NCBI GenBank assembly: GCA_049472335.1
Contig: JBLIRO010000088.1
Location: 1-18,439, forward strand
Reading direction: 5' to 3'
Length of the DNA stretch: 18,439 nt
Origin: a bacterium
GTDB lineage: Bacteria > SZUA-182 > DTGQ01 > JAFGSM01
This document shows, one piece after another, positions 16,235 to 18,439 of this stretch. Position numbers and translations under genes: made by a program. Each line of letters starts with the position of its first letter. Positions within the stretch are counted from its first letter, which is position 1. The notes under the pieces were generated by a model, which was not told where the DNA came from, made no database searches, and was given only the letters and a program-made list of their open reading frames with translations.

Positions 16235-16536
16235 TTGAATATTTATCTTTTTAGCTTAAGAGTTTAAATCTAGGATGGTAAAGATATTATTTTATTAGAG
16301 TTATTAGTGATAAACATTTTTTTCTCTATCAGTAAAGTATAATATATTTTGCCCTATTAGTAAAGGCTATTAAAAAAATGTGTCAATTAAAAAATGAAAA
16401 AAACATATTACAAAAAACAGGAGAAAAATATCGAGAGAAACCTTGTCCTTTCTAAAAAACCGGAAAATAGCGATAGAGAATTTTATAATTTTGTAGTGAG
16501 TCGCTAATATAAAAATTCAAGGCGCATATTTTGTTA

Positions 16537-17055
16537 TTATTTTTTGAATCTGGTGCCGTAAATGCTTCGCGGGAAATCACCTTTTGCAAATTCGATCTTT
16601 CTTTCTGCCTTTATTAGTGATTCATCCGCATATGCTTCTATCACTCTTCCAATAAAGAGATTTTTGTCTCCTGTTCTTATTTCTTGTTTTACTATACATT
16701 CCATAAAGGCAACACATTCATCAATAACAGGAGGATGGACTTTGCGTGCCGGCTTAGGGGTTAAACCGGTTTCCTTAAATTTATTAAACTGATTTCCTGA
16801 ATGGAAGCCACAATAATATATCTTCGGCTTCAGTTCCGCTAATGGAATATTTACAATAAATTCCTTTGTTTTTTGAATCAACTTGTTTGAATAAGAATCA
16901 ATCCCTATAGCACAGGCGATAAGCGGGGGAACTTTCGATACAGGCATGCAAAAACTTACTGGGATGATATTTGATTCCTTTTGCAGGTCTCCGCATGTTA
17001 CTAGAAAATGTCTCATCGGCCACATAAATTCCAAATATTCCACATCAATCTTCAT
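16537..17055 (-). CDS. Flavin reductase family protein (flavoredoxin-like)
   Basis: LVTCG...NIIPVSFCMPVSKVPPLI...KEFIVNIP...CGFHSG...KFKETGLT...PPVIDEC...EC...GDKNLFIGRV. Confidence 0.9.
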   Translation of the reverse strand: MKIDVEYLEFMWPMRHFLVTCGDLQKESNIIPVSFCMPVSKVPPLIACAIGIDSYSNKLIQKTKEFIVNIPLAELKPKIYYCGFHSGNQFNKFKETGLTPKPARKVHPPVIDECVAFMECIVKQEIRTGDKNLFIGRVIEAYADESLIKAERKIEFAKGDFPRSIYGTRFKK

Positions 17056-17209
17056 GGCATTTATTCCCTTTGATTATAGGGAACGGTGCTAGTTTATTAG
17101 TTTAACTCTATTCTCCTCTATATACCTTCTCCCTATTTATATATTAGCTGATAAATAGGGTTTTGTCATTTTTAACTAACATGAAAGCTCTGATCCTGAA
17201 ATCCCTACA

Positions 17210-18220
17210 TAGTCATCCCTGAAAAATATCATAACACATTGAAATAAAAAAACAAAATGCCAAAAATTAGCTTGCAAAAACTACCTAAAAATGATATTAT
17301 AAGCCTCAAAACCTTGCAGAAAAAAACATCTAAATTTGAGGCAAAAATCATGAAAGGACAATCACCAAATCAACATCAATTAAATCTTTTTTCAAAGCCC
17401 CTGAAAGATTTTATTAATCCCAGGCATCCATTTTCACAACTGGCAGAGAAGATTCCATGGAATGAGATTGAAGATCATTTCAAAGATCTTTACTCCGATA
17501 CCGGAAGACAAGCAAAACCAATCCGGTTGATGGTCTCTTTGCTCATTTTGAAACAATTGTACAACCTTTCGGATGAAACTGTAGTTGAGCGTTGGGTAGA
17601 GAACCCATATTTTCAGTACTTCAGTGGTGAGATGTTTTTTCAGTGGGAGATACCGGTACATCCAACGGATTTTGTCCTTTTCAGAAAGCGCATTGGAGAA
17701 GTAGGGGTAAAAAAGATTCTTCAAATCTCCATCCGTCTTCATGGAAAAAAAGCTCAAGAAAAAGAGGTTATTATAGACAGCACAGTACAAGAGAAAAACA
17801 TCACCTTCCCCACCGACACCAAACTTTACAAACGCATTATTGATCATTGTGTAAAAATTGCCAAAGAAGAAGATCTTGTACTCAGGCAAAGTCACCGACA
17901 AACGACTAAAAAATTAATGCTTGCCCAACGGTTTCGTAATCACCCCAAGAATCAGAAAAAAGCAACTGCTGCCCAAAGAAAGCTCAAGACAATCGCCGGA
18001 CGTCTTGTAAGGGAAATAGTGCGAAAACTTCCCTCTTGTGCAAATGAACGATATGCTGAAAAGATTGAACTGTTTGAGAAAGTCTTGGAACAAGGAAAAC
18101 ACAGCAAAGACAAAATCTATAGTCTTCATGAGCCCCAGGTTTACTGCATTAGCAAAGGAAAAGAACACAAAAAGTATGAGTTTGGGGCAAAGGCATCAAT
18201 TGTGGTCACCAAAAACACAA
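17210..18220 (+). mobile_element. Partial IS5-family insertion sequence (left end present, right part missing)
   Basis: Putative left end TAGTCATCCCTGAAAAA (17210-17226), inferred from resemblance to IS5-type ends. Internal promoter TTGCAA-17-TATTAT (17272-17300). No matching right IR in the window. Confidence 0.65.
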
Positions 18221-18252
18221 TTACCACTGTAGAGAAAAATGCTGAGCGGTAG
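17350..18252 (+). pseudogene. C-terminally truncated IS5-family transposase
   Basis: LKQLYNLSDE.VVERWVENPYFQYFSG, FRKRIGE.G, IIDSTVQEKNITFPTD (first catalytic Asp), KIYSLHEP.V.CISKGKEHKKYEFG. Similarity stops at VVTKNT, before the second Asp and the Glu. ATG 17350 behind GAGG; ORF track start 17257. Confidence 0.85.
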
Positions 18253-18437
18253 TGTTTTGATTGCCAAGGATATTTATTAATTTCATGTAAAAAAACAAAA
18301 CCTAAAAAAAGTAAGGTCTGAGCGAGGTAGATAAATGATGTTTCTTTGGCTGTAAAATGAAGGGCGATAACGGTAATGAGGAAAAAGATATAAAGTGTCT
18401 GGCCGGTATCAAGGTATCTCAGAATTGCCCACAGACT
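18141..18437 (-). CDS. Partial reading frame of a GT-C-type polytopic membrane glycosyltransferase-like protein, entering from the window edge and probably truncated
   Basis: Open frame SLWAILRYLDTGQTLYIFFLITVIALHFTAKETSFIYLAQTLLFLGFVFL...; the F-T-A-KE motif after a TM helix recalls the TIGR03663/PMT-like family. The last ~25 codons are antisense transposase sequence. Confidence 0.6.
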   Translation of the reverse strand, partial: SLWAILRYLDTGQTLYIFFLITVIALHFTAKETSFIYLAQTLLFLGFVFLHEINKYPWQSKHYRSAFFSTVVIVFLVTTIDAFAPNSYFLCSFPLLMQ

Positions 18438-18439
18438 GA

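Overview
AT-rich bacterial window. The PEP-CTERM gene and GCFI-type tail point to a diderm environmental lineage; the taxon is not determinable. In order: a CBS-pair gene plus cation/H+ antiporter; an orphan IS3-OrfA-like HTH gene; an MltF-family lytic transglycosylase; an 869-aa fusion of an endonuclease-IV-type TIM barrel (all nine metal-ligand positions recognisable) with two cNMP-binding domains; a candidate ~75-nt sRNA with its own promoter, terminator and two anti-Shine-Dalgarno-like motifs; a YbjQ-like lipoprotein; an envelope cluster (triple-SH3b protein, small membrane protein, cohesin-like PEP-CTERM protein, a 115-bp MITE, a thermonuclease with a GCFI tail, a stand-alone BY-kinase); an atypically long ECF-like sigma / ZAS anti-sigma pair with a C10 tract and a structured leader; an unannotated 29-aa hydrophobic peptide whose RBS is complementary to the candidate sRNA; a flavin reductase; and a truncated IS5-family transposase joined to a fragment of an oppositely oriented GT-C-type membrane gene at the window edge. 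The best novelty candidates are the cNMP-regulated EndoIV-like enzyme and the sRNA/small-peptide pair. All family calls come from motif recognition by eye; no database searches were run.
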